Positions 49,640 through 61,975 of a stretch of DNA of 64,000 bases are shown here, one piece after another. The translations under genes and the position numbers were made by a program. The number at the start of each line of letters is the position of its first letter. Within the stretch, counting starts at the first letter, position 1. Origin of the DNA: Sphaerodactylus townsendi. Taxonomy: Eukaryota. A model generated the notes under the pieces. It ran no database searches, was not told where the DNA came from, and saw only the letters and a program-made list of their open reading frames with translations. The DNA is taken from contig NC_059437.1 in assembly GCF_021028975.2 (NCBI RefSeq), forward strand, positions 32,612,001 to 32,676,000, written 5' to 3'.

Positions 49640-51450
49640 AGTACCCTGCCAACTGCACCATTATCCTACTGAGCCCTACTTTCGTAAATGACTAAAGGGC
49701 CATATCATCAGCATATAAAAGCACTGGTAGAAAATAATCATGTGACTCCATAAATTGGACACAGTCATTTATATGAAAGTTAAAAAGAAAGGGCGTCAAC
49801 AAGCAGCCCTGTTTTACTCCCTTCTTCAGGGGAATAGAATCTGTAAAAGCCATTGCTTTCACATCTTGCATGTGAGCTCCCAAAGGCACCTGGTGGGCCA
49901 CTGCGAGTAGCAGAGAGCTGGACTAGATGGACTCTGGTCTGATCCAGCTGGCTTGTTCTTATGTTCTTATGTTCTTATGTTCTTATGTAAAAGGGCTGCA
50001 ACTCTCAGCCTTTATTCTGGCTTTAAGGTCTGTGTGGAGTTCCCTCAGAAGCTCGAACAGCCTTCTGTCAATGTTCGTATCATCCAATTTGACCCAGAGA
50101 TTAGATCTTACTATTGAATCAAAGGCATTAGACAAGTCAACACACAACGTATAAACGGCCTCTCTGATAACGGGTGGATGTCCTGCACTGATTGATGATA
50201 TTGCGATCCTGACAGAAGCCTGCCTGTTCAATATTGAAAAGTTTGGATTCTTCGACCCAATTTTTCTCTTTAATAAGAAGAGGGGGTGTATAAACTTTAG
50301 AGGATAAATCCAAAAGACTGATTGGTGTATAATTTCCTGGTTTATGTTTGTCCTCTTTCTTGTAGATAGGAATTATAATACTTTGTTTTCAGTTAGCAGG
50401 GATGGAGTTTACTTGAGAAGAGTGAAAAGCCTAGCTAAGATTGTACCCCACCTCTTTTCATTTAGCTTGTAAATGTCAGATGGAATTTAGTCCTCCCCTG
50501 GGGTTTGTAATGAGGATGTAGTAGGGTTCCAAGATGGCAGTCGATCCTTATCTTGCACCACATGGTCAGCTATTTTTTTTTCTGTTGGATTACTGTACAT
50601 AATGGAAAAGTGATTGTGCCATCTGCCAACTGAAATGTGGGCCTTGGAATCCATGTTGTTATCTGTGGTGCCTAGGGCTATCGATTTCCAGAATTCTTTT
50701 ATCAAGTTTGTTCCATACAGAGCCTTAGTTCCTACTGCTGAGATCTACTATAGGGTCAGGATTAAAAACAAAAGTTGGATAATGTTGCAATTATGTTGTG
50801 TAATTGAAAATCTGCCCTGATGGGAAAGTGGGCTTGCTGTGAGGAAAAAACCTGTGCGCAAATGACCCTAACTTAAAAGTCTGAATTCTCTGAACAGGAG
50901 AAAGGATTTGATTCAACTCATTCCTTAGTTTGAAAAAAGAGAGAGAGTTCCTCAGACTCTTTTTGAATTCTGACGTAGCCCAGAATAAGTTGATCCGGAG
51001 CATGTGATCCTTTGAAAATTCAGCATCTAGAGAAGACATCTTGGCCAATACGGAAACTTTGCTTGGTGCCAAGACTGTTTTCCTCCTGTTTTAAAGAAAG
51101 GATCTCATTTGGGCTAGTCTTGATTTTTGCTGGAGAGGAAGGCCAGTGTTTTGCTGCTTGCCGGAAATAGTTGAACCCTGGTGATGCAATGCCACTGAAT
51201 GAAGCAACAAGCGTGTGTGTTCTAGGATTTCAGTCAGACAGCAGGAGGCAACTCAATGTTGTGGGATTTCCAAAGAAGCTGGTCAGTTCAAGGAAATTTA
51301 GTCAAGTATCAGCGTTGCTGGTGTCACCCAACTTTAGCGGATTGGCTAACTTATCCATAGTCATCATTTTTGTCTTTGAGGCATGAGGGCCTTGTAGTTT
51401 TCCAGTAAGAGGAGTTTCATAGCAGAAGTCATGGCCAGGGTGAGTCTGCT
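49640..51450 (-). mobile_element. Degenerate non-LTR retrotransposon (RTE-X-like) ORF2 remnant
   Basis: RT motifs in broken frames: IIPIYKK..NYTPISLL, VDLSNAFDSI, GVKQGCLLTPFLFNF, LLYADDMAL; clade and outer boundaries approximate. Confidence 0.8.
49850..49985 (+). mobile_element. 5'-truncated CR1 LINE 3' end nested in the RT remnant
   Basis: GCTGGACTAGATGGAC..TCTGATCCAG followed by (TTCTTATG)n tail; flanked by TGTAAAAG at 49842-49849 and 49986-49993. Confidence 0.8.
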
Positions 51451-54400
51451 CAGGGGAGCAAACAAAGCCACTGAACTAATATTTTAGAACAGATATTGTA
51501 TGAACATGAACAGAGATGAAAATGCAGTTTTGGAAGAGCGCTGGGAAAAATATCTATATGAAAAGTTTCCTGTTAGGGAATGAATTTTGCTTTTAAAGGC
51601 AAGGCCTTAGTCACTCAAAATGTGTAGCAGATGTATGCCAGACTATCCGCAGCATTAGACAGTTCATGTATATACTATAGACTTATGCAGCATATGATGC
51701 ATTTTTTAAACTCTGGCTAATTTTGTCCACAGTTAATTCTATAATGTGTACAATGATTGTTTTTCATGTTGTAAAGTATAAATATTTTGCTAGTTGTGTT
51801 GTGGCTGAATTATACACTTGTGTTTACTGCAGACTTTGTTTTCAGGTTTTCTTCTCTGCCCCTCAACATTAAGATTGGGGGGGAGGGCGGCATAGCCCAA
51901 TGTTATTGCATCACTTTGCATGCAGACAGTCCCAGGTTTAATTGCTGGCATCTCCAGTTTTTAAAAAGGAGCAGGTACTGGTAATGTAGAAGAAAACTGC
52001 TTGAGACACTTAGCAGCAGCTCCCTATTAGAGTTGACAGTTCTGGCCCTGATGGATCAAAGATATGACTCAGTACAAGGTAGGTTCCTGTGCTCAGGATG
52101 CTTGTTCTGAGTTAGCACGGTGTGTAGTGGCTTACTTTTGCAAATATTTCCGAGAGTGGGCATTGCAATGTTGCTGTAAATGCCTTTGTTGTCTACAAGC
52201 ATCTGAAGAAATGGACTCTGGTCCCTGAATGCTTCTGCTGAAATAACGTTTTGTGAGTCTGTAAGGTGCCACATACTCCTGTTTTGTTTTTACTGTAACA
52301 CACTAACATGGATTCCTCTTTGGGACTTTTAACTTATCTGTAAACAATGCATTTTCCATTAAAGCAGTAAAAAAAGTGTAGGGTTGATTTAAAAAGTAAC
52401 AGTTCAGTCCTATGACTCTGCTGCCAGTGTGCACCTGAGGTGCTAATTGGGATCCTAGGCCTGCTTGTCAGAGGGGACATATGCAACAACGTTTTTTAAA
52501 AAGTGTACCATGGTGGAGATACCATAGCAATTGTGGGAAATTCACAGCCACCCCAACACAAGCCACCAATCACTGTGGTGTGGTGCAAACATTCACATGG
52601 AGATGATTGGCATGTCATCATGATGAAGTGGCCAGGTCCCACCAATAAAGCTACCATTGCCACTGCATAGAACACCCCAAGGAGGAGACATGACACTCTC
52701 CACTGGTGTGGCTGGGAGGAACCCAAAATATACTCCAGCCAGCTCTGTGGCTGTTGGTTGGTGTCCTTTTCTGCAACCAACTTCCCTTTTGCACAGGGAA
52801 GGAAACATGACTACTCCAACCAACGCATTTGCAGGCTCACAGAGCTCAGTCTGCAAAAGTCGTACAGATAGAACTCCCGAGTTCTCTCCCACACAAGGTT
52901 CAGGTCTTGGAACAGGTGGAGCTTGAGAGCACCAGCCTTTTGCCAAACACAGGGAATCTAGCCACTGAGGCTGCAGTGAGGGAACTCCGCAGTAGCACAC
53001 TGGTGTGGCACACAGGGGCTATGGGTTTGGATCCCTGTGTCTGCCCCTCCCCCTTCACTGCATGGGTTATCAGATGCCCCCAATGATCTGACTTTGTGTG
53101 CATCCCAGATACTTTTCCTTTCCCCCTTGTAAGAGCAGACTTGTGTTTTCGTTTAACTCCCTCCCATGTGAGTTGTATGCTGAAAGCAGCTGCAGTCAGT
53201 AACAAACATGGGGTGGGAACCAATTCCTTTCTGACACACCCCAATGAAACAGATACAGCAATAAAGGAATCCACCACTTGAATGGCATCAGGAGTGCTGA
53301 AAGCAAGGCAGAAGAATGGGGTTGCCTAATATGTTGTTCCAGCAAGGCTCCTGTGCAAGTTGCACTGATGGACTGCAGAGTAACTGGTAGAGCTGCCCGA
53401 CTACTTCATGCACATGAGAGGCTCAAATGTGCTGTCTGTACAGCTGTCTGTTGTGCAGCTTACAATAGCGTAGGAGCAGGGCTGGAACAAGAGAGTTAGC
53501 ACACCCACCACAGAGGAGCTGGTTACTGCAGCTCCAGTCATGTCGTATGCATAGTTGATGGTTGGCACTGCAATGGGAATTGCTCTCTCTGCTTCTGGAC
53601 AGAACCTACAGAAGGTTCTGAGAGACACAGTAAAGAGCAGGTGGGCTTCAAGTTCCTCATGCGGTGCTCTTGCTGGTTCTGCGCCTCTTTCTAGGGTTTC
53701 CCAAATGGTTTTTCGTCTACCCAGGAATTCTCCTCCTGTGAAGTGTCCCTAGCCAAGCTGTTCTGCCATTTTGCTCACCTACATTTTCCTTGTTCTTTCC
53801 CTGCAACCTCCAATTGGGGAGGTTGCCTTCTGCTTTTTTAAACTTTGCCATGTCCATTTCATGTCAGTTTCAGTGACAGACCATCAGTGTTAATTTTTTA
53901 AAAAGATCTTCTGATCATTTGGAAAAGGTGGCCAGAAGAGTTGGGAAGAACTTCAGTGTGTCGGCGGAAGGAGGCAGGGAAGAAGGAGACAATCCAAAGA
54001 AAGCCTAACCCATGTGGATCTCCTTTGCTTTCCCTGTGAAAGGAGAGAAAAAGTTGTTTAGGTTTTGGAAACTATGGGGATTTTCTGATCTGAGGGCAGA
54101 GGGACTGCCTAAGAGGCAAATCGTGTGTATAACCAAGAATCATCCTGAAGAGAATGTATGTTCAGTGTGAAGGAGACCACACATTCACGAAAGCCCTGTG
54201 TCTGCTGGGTTGGTGCATGAGAGCCTGTGATCTGAAAAAGCAATAGGCAGGTGTTTGGGTCTCAGTAGCACAGGCTAGAGCAGGGTGACTCAGAGTGTAG
54301 TGCTGTTGCCTGTGGCCCCAGTTGCATGGCAGGGAGCTGCACATGCTGACAGCAGAATGAAATAGTTCAAGTAAGTGCTCCTTTCTTTCCCCTTTCAGCA

Positions 54401-55739
54401 TTGTACTGCTACTAACCATTACAGGAGGCTGGGGTTACAGGGTAGATGCATTGGGGGAGGTGACGAGAAACAGTGTCAATGATTACCAAATACACTCCAC
54501 AGACTTCTGCAAATGTTACATCTCTGATGCATTAATAATGTGTGGCATGTATAATTCAGAAAGTGTTTTAACCTTATCTTGTTTGCTCACACAACAACCA
54601 TGTGAGAACAATTACTGAAATTTTAGAAGGAAACTGAAGTCGTTCAGGAATTAGTGTAGATTCCTGCTTACTCAGAGTTGTGTATTAAGCACAACCTGAG
54701 GTTTAGTGGTAGGACAGGGCTCCTTGGTGGCCCCTTTACTAACAGCCAGGGTCTGAACCCTCCTGCGGCCTCTGGGTTTGCAATTGGGACTGTGCAGTCG
54801 GCTGCAAGGGGCCAGAAGGCGCTGTGCCAAATACCTCCTCACAAATCCCACCACCTTAGTTTGCATCTGGATTAGTGAAGGTGCTTTAGGAGCCTCTGAT
54901 GGGTGAGTGAAAGATGATAAATACAATTCAGGCACCTAAGCCTAAATGCAGGAGTATCATCCATTCCTGGAAGAAAAGAAGACACCAGGGTAGAGTGGAG
55001 GAGGTCCAGGCTAGCAGCCATTTCCAGCCATCTGGGAAATGGGTCAAATGACAGCTGGAAGCAGTTAGAGGTACAAGGCATGGATCGCACACATTTCTAA
55101 TGACGTGTGAAGGTTTTTGTGCATGATGGGAGGGGGGCTAATGAGTTGCAGCCAGTAGACTTGTGGTTTTGTTAAGCAGAATAGCCTGTCTGAATTTCTG
55201 GTGGTCTGCCTTCATATTTCCAGCTGTGTTTCGAAAAGCAACTCGCTGTCCCATCATCTGAAGTGCCACTAGGTTCTTGTGTCTGGATCATTTGATATTC
55301 TGTGTAAGTTGTGGGAGGTCAAAGTTCAGCTCTGCATGGCACCTGTTAAGGGGTCTCACTGGGATTCAGCATGCGAGAGGGTGGATGAGAGGGGAGATGT
55401 GGTTTCACTTTGCAAACACCCAAATAGTAGAAATAAGCTGTTGCTAAGGGCTGCTATCTGCTTCAGCTCCCCACAAGGATCTGGCAGCTTCCATTATGCC
55501 CCTGTCAATGACAAAGGAGACTTTCAGGAGCAAGGTGAGGTAGGCCATAGGCCCCCTTGTTGCACAGTAACAGCCATGGCGTTTATTGTTTTAATGGGGA
55601 CCTGACACGGTCTTAGCAAGCCTTTGAGTGCCCAAAGATCTAGCAGCAGCTTACGTGGAGGAACGCTCGTGTTCAGGTTGTTCCAGAAAGGGTATCCCCA
55701 AAATATTGACACGATTTCAGACGTTTGTGGCACACATAC

Positions 55740-56630
55740 AAGCGTTTCGATCAGCAGCTTCTTCAGTTCTCCTGTTAGAAGGGCTCCACTTGTGTAAGCC
55801 TGTTTGATCTGCTCCAGCTTCTCATCATCTTCAAGGAAGAACGTGAGGTACATGTAAGAGACGTCCACATCGCAATTGCCCCCGTACTTCCGGTGCTCTT
55901 CGACAGTGTCTTTCCCACCAGAGAAGGCATGCTTGTTGATCTTTGTTTTGATTTGCTTGGGTGTGTCGGTGAGAAAGAGGGACGAATTGGGGTTGCTGGC
56001 GCTCATTTTCGTTTGGGCCCCTTGTAAGGCTGGGAAGAACACGGAATGCATTAATGCCGGCTTGGGGTAGCCGATCCGCGGGGCCACGTCTCTGGATTCA
56101 TTTCTGAAACCAGGATCCCTGATCAGATAGATTGCATGGGATCAAAGCCACTGGAATATCAGCTAAGCTTATCGTTTGAAGGAGTCTGCTTGGAAATGAT
56201 GAGTGTACCAGAAGGACGGAGCAGCTTGAATGGCAGGGAAACTAATCTTTCCGATGCAGTCGCTGTCTGTAAAGCCAAAAATTCCCTTGACTTGGTTGAA
56301 TGTAACGTGCTTTTGAACTCTTAAGATGTTCTTGTAGAATTCTGGACTTGTTCCCAAATAGTCCAGATCAGAAAAGATGAAGGTTTTATTGACATCGAAT
56401 CCTAAGGCTATGAGGTCCTTGACGTTTTCTATGGTATACTGGTATGCCTTCTCAACCGTTAGATCTTTCCAGAGGTATTTCTCATCATCAGTCAACTGTA
56501 TGACTAAAGGAACATTAAATACATCTTGAAGCCACTTTGTGAAAATGAATGGGATAAGGTGGCCAACGTGGATGGCTTCGGACGAAGGGCCTCTGCCTGT
56601 GTACAGGTAAAAGGGCTTCTTATTTTCATG
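55740..56630 (-). pseudogene. WARS1: Processed (intronless) retrocopy fragment of cytoplasmic tryptophanyl-tRNA synthetase
   Basis: Contiguous homology from [20 protein letters not shown] through KMSAS to [10 protein letters not shown] with no introns; in-frame stops TAA/TAG/TGA within 56094-56210; N- and C-termini missing. Confidence 0.92.
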
Positions 56631-57398
56631 TGGCAAGTTTTGGCCTCACTTTTAGCCTTTTCCCCAATGTGCAAACCCTCAGTGGAACCCCCAGATTGTA
56701 GATGGCTTGAGAAAGTTAAAAGACTACTCTCCTCACAAAGTTAACATTTTTAAGGTAACTAAAGTAGGCAGGTTTTATTTAAAAAGATATCCAGTTTCTA
56801 AACTTTGCAACATATTCCCCCTTCGGGCAGAACCCAAACAAATGTAATAAAACCACAAGAGAAACAACCAGTACGGCGTGTTCTTCATTAACCCTGCCAT
56901 CTTAAAACCCCTGATCTTTTCCTAGTCCTCCAGATTCTCCTCAGTCAGAGCAAGGGAAGCCACCCTCCCTCTGATTGGCGGAGAGCCACCAGTGGAGGAA
57001 TTCTGTGTGGCTTCTGTAAATCCAACACAGATGTGTTTTGGCTTCATCACATGTGCATAACAAGATTAAGTGGCAGAGGATCCCTGGCTTTTATTGAAGA
57101 GGCAAGGTCTTGGATCTGAGGACTGTATCTTAAAATCATTTCCCGCTCTTCCCCCAAGGAGCTCACGGTGCCAAACGTGGTTCCCCCCTCCTCCATTTTA
57201 TTCTCACAATGAACCTGTGAAGCAGGCTAGGTCTGAGAGAGTTCAGGTGGCTCAAGGTCAGGCGGTGAGTTTCATGCCTCTGCACAGCGGGAGCCGACAC
57301 AATAGAAGTATTATTTTGCGCTTTGGTTGGAAGTTGGGGAAGGTAAGCCAAAGACAATTTAGCATGTGGAAGGAAAGGTGAGGGACAATCCAGTACTG

Positions 57399-57705
57399 AG
57401 AGCCAGTGTGGTGTAGTGGTTAAGAGCAGATGGATTCTAATCTGGGGAACCGGGTTTGATTCCCCACTCCTCCACCTGAGTGGCAGTGGCTTATCTGGTG
57501 AATCAGATGTGTTTCCACACTCCTACATTCCTTCTGGGTGATCTTGGGCTAATCACAGTCCTCTCAGAACTCTCTCAGCCCCACCTACCTCACAAGGTGT
57601 CTGTTGTAGGGAGAGGAAGGGAAAGGAGCTTGTAAGCCACCTGGAGTCTCCTTACAGAAGAGAAAGGTGGGATATAAATCCAAACTCCTCCTCCTCTTCT
57701 TCTTT
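57399..57705 (+). mobile_element. tRNA-derived squamate SINE (Squam3-like), full length
   Basis: A box TGGTGTAGTGG, B box GGTTTGATTCC, CTCTCAGCCCCACCTACCTCACA core, (CCT/CTT)n tail. Confidence 0.8.
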
Positions 57706-58893
57706 TTTACACTTGATAAGAAAATTTAACATTCAGACCCCACCTTGCAAAAAGACTGAGGCACAGGAATTAAATCTTGCAATCCCATCTTGGTATCCTC
57801 GGACATCTCATGTTTGAGCATATTCTCCTAGTGAAAGGGTGGGGTAGCGATGACATTTGTTTATATGGTGGTGGTTGATAGTTGGGAACCAGCTGTCGGC
57901 AGTGAATGTATCCACTGATGGTGGATGTCTTGGTTGCATTTCTGACAAGGGAAAAGCACTCACTGGAGAGAGATGTGTGTATGTTGGTTCCTTGGTTTTA
58001 AACACTGGCATCCGGCCAAACCCTATTCCCTTCTTTCTGTTGCTTGCTTGTTTACTCCAGCAGTTAGTAAAAGTGTTCCCACTTGCCTTTTGTTTAAATG
58101 TTCTCATTCCCGGGGATTATGAAGCAGCTCCTCTCGAGTGCTGGGGACCAGGAAAACTGCCAGGGCTTTTTATTAAGGCAGCACTGAGCTTGTAGCTGGT
58201 TGATGTTGTTGTCCTTGCAGAGACTCTCCTTTGCCCACGTGAAGGGCTTGTGGCCCATACAGAAGTTGCATTACGTAGTTCTGCATGTGCCAGAAAAGAA
58301 ATGTATTCTTATAGCGTGCTAGCAGCAGTCCACAAGGCGCTGAAGTCTCATGTTGTTTCTTAAAAGACACCTTCATGGAGACAAAGCCCATTAGCAGCTA
58401 GGCCATGATAACTCTAAAGCCAGAGATGGAGTACTTCTGAATAGCAGGGAGGCCTTGGCCTCTGTCGGCTGCTTACGGGTCTTTCAAAAGCATGTGGATG
58501 ACCACTGCGGGAAACTGGATGCTCAGCTAGATGGACACTCCCTTTGATCCAGCATGGCTCTTCTTATATTGCAGGCTCGTGCTGCCTTAGGTACGTTTGG
58601 TGTTAGGTGATGCCTTTTTGTGGATCCCATAGCCTGCCCTTGGAGCTGTTCTGGGTGGTGAAAGATTCTCTCTAGAGGCACCAGGTGAATACTCTGGAGT
58701 AGATATTCTCCAAGTAGGCAGTGAAAGCATCAAGGAGGAATTTTGGGGAAGTAGGGGGGCAGTGCAGGAAATCCTGGCCCAACTGATGGGTGAAAAGTTC
58801 TTGGGGCAGAACACCAGCTGTGGCCCAGATCTAGCTGTGACAGCCTTTGCAAGACAGCCCGCCCTGCCTTGAGAAGCATTGTTCTGCACTGTC

Positions 58894-59085
58894 NNNNNNN
58901 NNNNNNNNNNNNNNNNNNNNNNNNNNNNNNNNNNNNNNNNNNNNNNNNNNNNNNNNNNNNNNNNNNNNNNNNNNNNNNNNNNNNNNNNNNNNNNNNNNNN
59001 NNNNNNNNNNNNNNNNNNNNNNNNNNNNNNNNNNNNNNNNNNNNNNNNNNNNNNNNNNNNNNNNNNNNNNNNNNNNNNNNNNNNN
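58894..59085. other. Assembly gap (192 N)
   Basis: Run of N. Confidence 1.
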
Positions 59086-60287
59086 TCAAAACAGCTCCAA
59101 TAAAATGGTTTTACTTTTGCTGAATCATGTTTATATGTGGTGAGAATCATGCCAGTATATTTACAGTGTTAGAAGTTGTTTTGAATTTGCAGTAGATCTC
59201 ATATCAAGAAAGAGATGTGTGTGGGGGGATGTGGGTCGAAAGCCAAGGGGGTGACATCCTGAAAAAGTTTGGGAATCGCTGCTCTAGAGTATGGTTCTGT
59301 TCCTAAGATGGTTTCTACACGAATTGCACATTCGAAGCAAACCTGTAAAAGATCGGGAGTCGTAGTGGGTGCAATACCACAAAAGATAAATTCTTACACC
59401 GAGGCAACTGAAGGGAGTTGAGAGTTGATGTCTTTCAGCCCCAGTTTCCCCACTATAAAATCTGCTTTGCTCAATTGTTGTGAAGATGGGCATGGTGTTT
59501 TTAACCCAATCTATAAACTTGTGTTTTGGTTGTGTGTTAAATGGGTGGGTTCACACATGTGTGTTCATTTCCCAGTGACTAAAACAGTCTTAGCGATTTG
59601 CATACGTGAATGAATAATTTCAAATGCAGTGCTATAGTGAAGAACATTCATGTTGACATCATCCCAAGCGTGTTGTCTCTTCAGCAGAAGGTGTCTGCAT
59701 CATCAGTTGTCAAGTAGTCATCAAGCAGCAGATGAGCCATGCTTGACAAAGAGGTTTGCTGTGTCATAACAGCGAAGCAGGCGGAGTGTAGCTTTGGGCA
59801 TATCCAGTCTGGAGAGGAAGTGCGCCACCTGCAGGCCACAGGAAGAAAAAGCAAGATGGTTGCCAAAAAGAGCCCGAGTGCGTTGGTGGGTGCTGGAAAG
59901 AAACGCTGTGGCTTGTTGGACCCGTATTTCCAGATGGAGACGGCCTCTTCTGGATATGCAACGTCCTGCTGCATTAGGCCAGATTTATAGGCATTTCCTT
60001 TGGCTAGGAGGGGGCAGCATCTTGTTGTTGCCTCTCAATTACAGGCTAGGATCCTCCTAGGCCACAGATACTCGGCCTTTTGATCTGTCCTGTAAACTTC
60101 CAGGTTTGGCCATTTAATGAATGTCTTAGCTGTAAGCTGCCTAGCTAGAGACTTTGAGAAAGGGTGGGTGGCTTGCACATGGACAGGATCAGAGAACCAG
60201 GAAAGTCTGCGTCTTGTAGGCAGAAGCAGCTTTGCTAATTAAAAAAAATATCTGGGTGGTGCTTGTGCTTCTCCTCTTACATCTGTT

Positions 60288-60480
60288 ATGTGCCATCAAA
60301 TGGCTTCTGATTTATGGCAACCCTATGAATTAATGACTTCCGAAACATTGTGTCATTCAATAGCCTTGCCCCCGTCTTCCAAGCTGAAGCCGTGGCTTTA
60401 TTGAGTCAATCTATCTCATGCTGCGTCTTCCTCTTTTTCTTCTGGCTTCAGCTCTTCCTAATGTTATTGTGTTTTCCAGT
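60288..60480 (-). mobile_element. RTE (BovB-like) LINE 3' fragment
   Basis: TTTATTGAGTCAATCTATCTCATG..CTTCCTCTTTTTC..TTTTCCAGT, typical of RTE 3' ends. Confidence 0.55.
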
Positions 60481-61487
60481 AGTGTGCAGGTAGCTTTTGC
60501 AAATGTTTGTTCTGAAGCTAAAGCCATAGTTTTTGCTTCTCTATTTACTACTGTGAGCTATCTTTTCACTGGCTAGTAGCCCCTCAATGCTAGGAAATCT
60601 GGCTTTGTGATGCCACATCACCAGCTACAGCGTGCGCATTTGAGCCACCATGCAGCTGTGCTTTGGCCATCTGGTGTTGTGCTGGCGTCTGGCCAAACCC
60701 TGGAGGTGTTGACACAACAGCCCAAGCACCTTGTGTTACCTTTTTAAAATAGCTATTTGAAGTTGGAACAGATTGCAGCAGAGCAGTCTTCTGGTGAGTG
60801 TTTGCAAAGCATTCAAGGTAATCCATTGTGCTTGAGTGTATTTGCTACTGTTGGTGCCTGTTCTATGACTGAGATATGCTGAACTGATTTTTTTCCTCCC
60901 TCCCAAGTCCTCAAAGAGTCAGGCTTTCCATGCATTTCCCCCTTTCACTTTCACCACATGCCACTCTGCTTGACTAGCTGGTATCCTGCTAGTTGTTCCT
61001 CTGCCACCGCCACTGCTAGTTCTCTTCATGGGCATTCTGCAGTGCTCATAATGTTTCAGGAAGGTATTGGTCATGTTCTTCCTGATCTTCCCCCACTGCT
61101 TATTACTCACCATAAAGTCTCCTTTCCATCTCCTCCAGGGATCCTGGTTCAAGGAGCTGAGTGGAGCTCTTTGTGCTTAGCAGCTTTCCTTTGACTGTGT
61201 GTTGTTGTTTTTTGTCCTGGTGCCTTTCTCTCCTACTGGGCACAAGGTCCAAGGCCTGTTTGTAGTTTTGAGACCGCTTCAAGTTCTTTGAAACTGGAAG
61301 GTGGTTCCCGCCATAAGACCTTCTTTGAAACCGGAAGGTGGTTTCTACTGCAAGACAGTAAGAAGGTGGTTACCACCGTAAGAGTACTGGGTAGCTCATG
61401 CATTGTTTGTGGGTCCGAATTTTATGGCTCCCTGTGGTAATGCCCCTTCATCTCACCCCTAGTTCTCACAATAATTGTACCTTAGAG

Positions 61488-61635
61488 GGTGGTTGGAGTC
61501 TCCTTCTTTAGAAGTTTTTAAGTAGAGACTGGATGGCCATCTGTCAAGGCTCCTGTTGATTGTGTATTCCTGCATGGCAGGGGGTTGGACTTGATGGTCC
61601 TTGTGGCCTCTTCCAACTCTGTGATTCCATTCTGT
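61488..61635 (+). mobile_element. CR1 LINE 3' fragment
   Basis: TCTCCTTCTTTAGAAGTTTTTAAG..GGGTTGGACTTGATG..TTCCAACTCTGTGATTC. Confidence 0.7.
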
Positions 61636-61839
61636 TCTAAGGTCAGGGGATCCTTGCCATTAAGACTGCACAGATTACTGTTTTGTTAAAAAGGCTACTG
61701 ACTCAAATGGTTTGCTGTTCAGTCCAGACTGCTGCAGTAGGCCCACCTAAGAGACAAGCTTTGGCAACGGTGTCTTCACTTTGTGGCATGACTAACATTT
61801 TTCTTCCTTCTCCCGCTGCAGGCCGTGAACCTCCTGGTT

Positions 61840-61975
61840 ATGGATAATAAAGGCTACCGACGTGGAAGTTTCCAGAGCAGCACCAGCGATGAAGACATGG
61901 TGGAGGTGGCAGGGGGAACACTGGACTTCTCCATGGCGGATGACGTGCCCCCTCTGGACAGAGAGATGGCAGAAG
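61840..61975 (+). CDS. CLCN5: H(+)/Cl(-) exchange transporter 5 (ClC-5), N-terminal exon of long isoform; gene continues beyond the window
   Basis: Exon 61822-61975 with polypyrimidine-CAG acceptor and AAG|GTAAT donor. Encodes [45 protein letters not shown], matching the recalled human long-isoform segment MDNRGF...SSSDEDLMDI...[14 protein letters not shown]. Confidence 0.9.

Noticed and set aside
57399-57475. tRNA-like A/B boxes here and in other SINE heads
   Set aside because: No cloverleaf; continuous with SINE body and tail
58587-59150. ORFs spanning the N run
   Set aside because: Artefacts of the assembly gap
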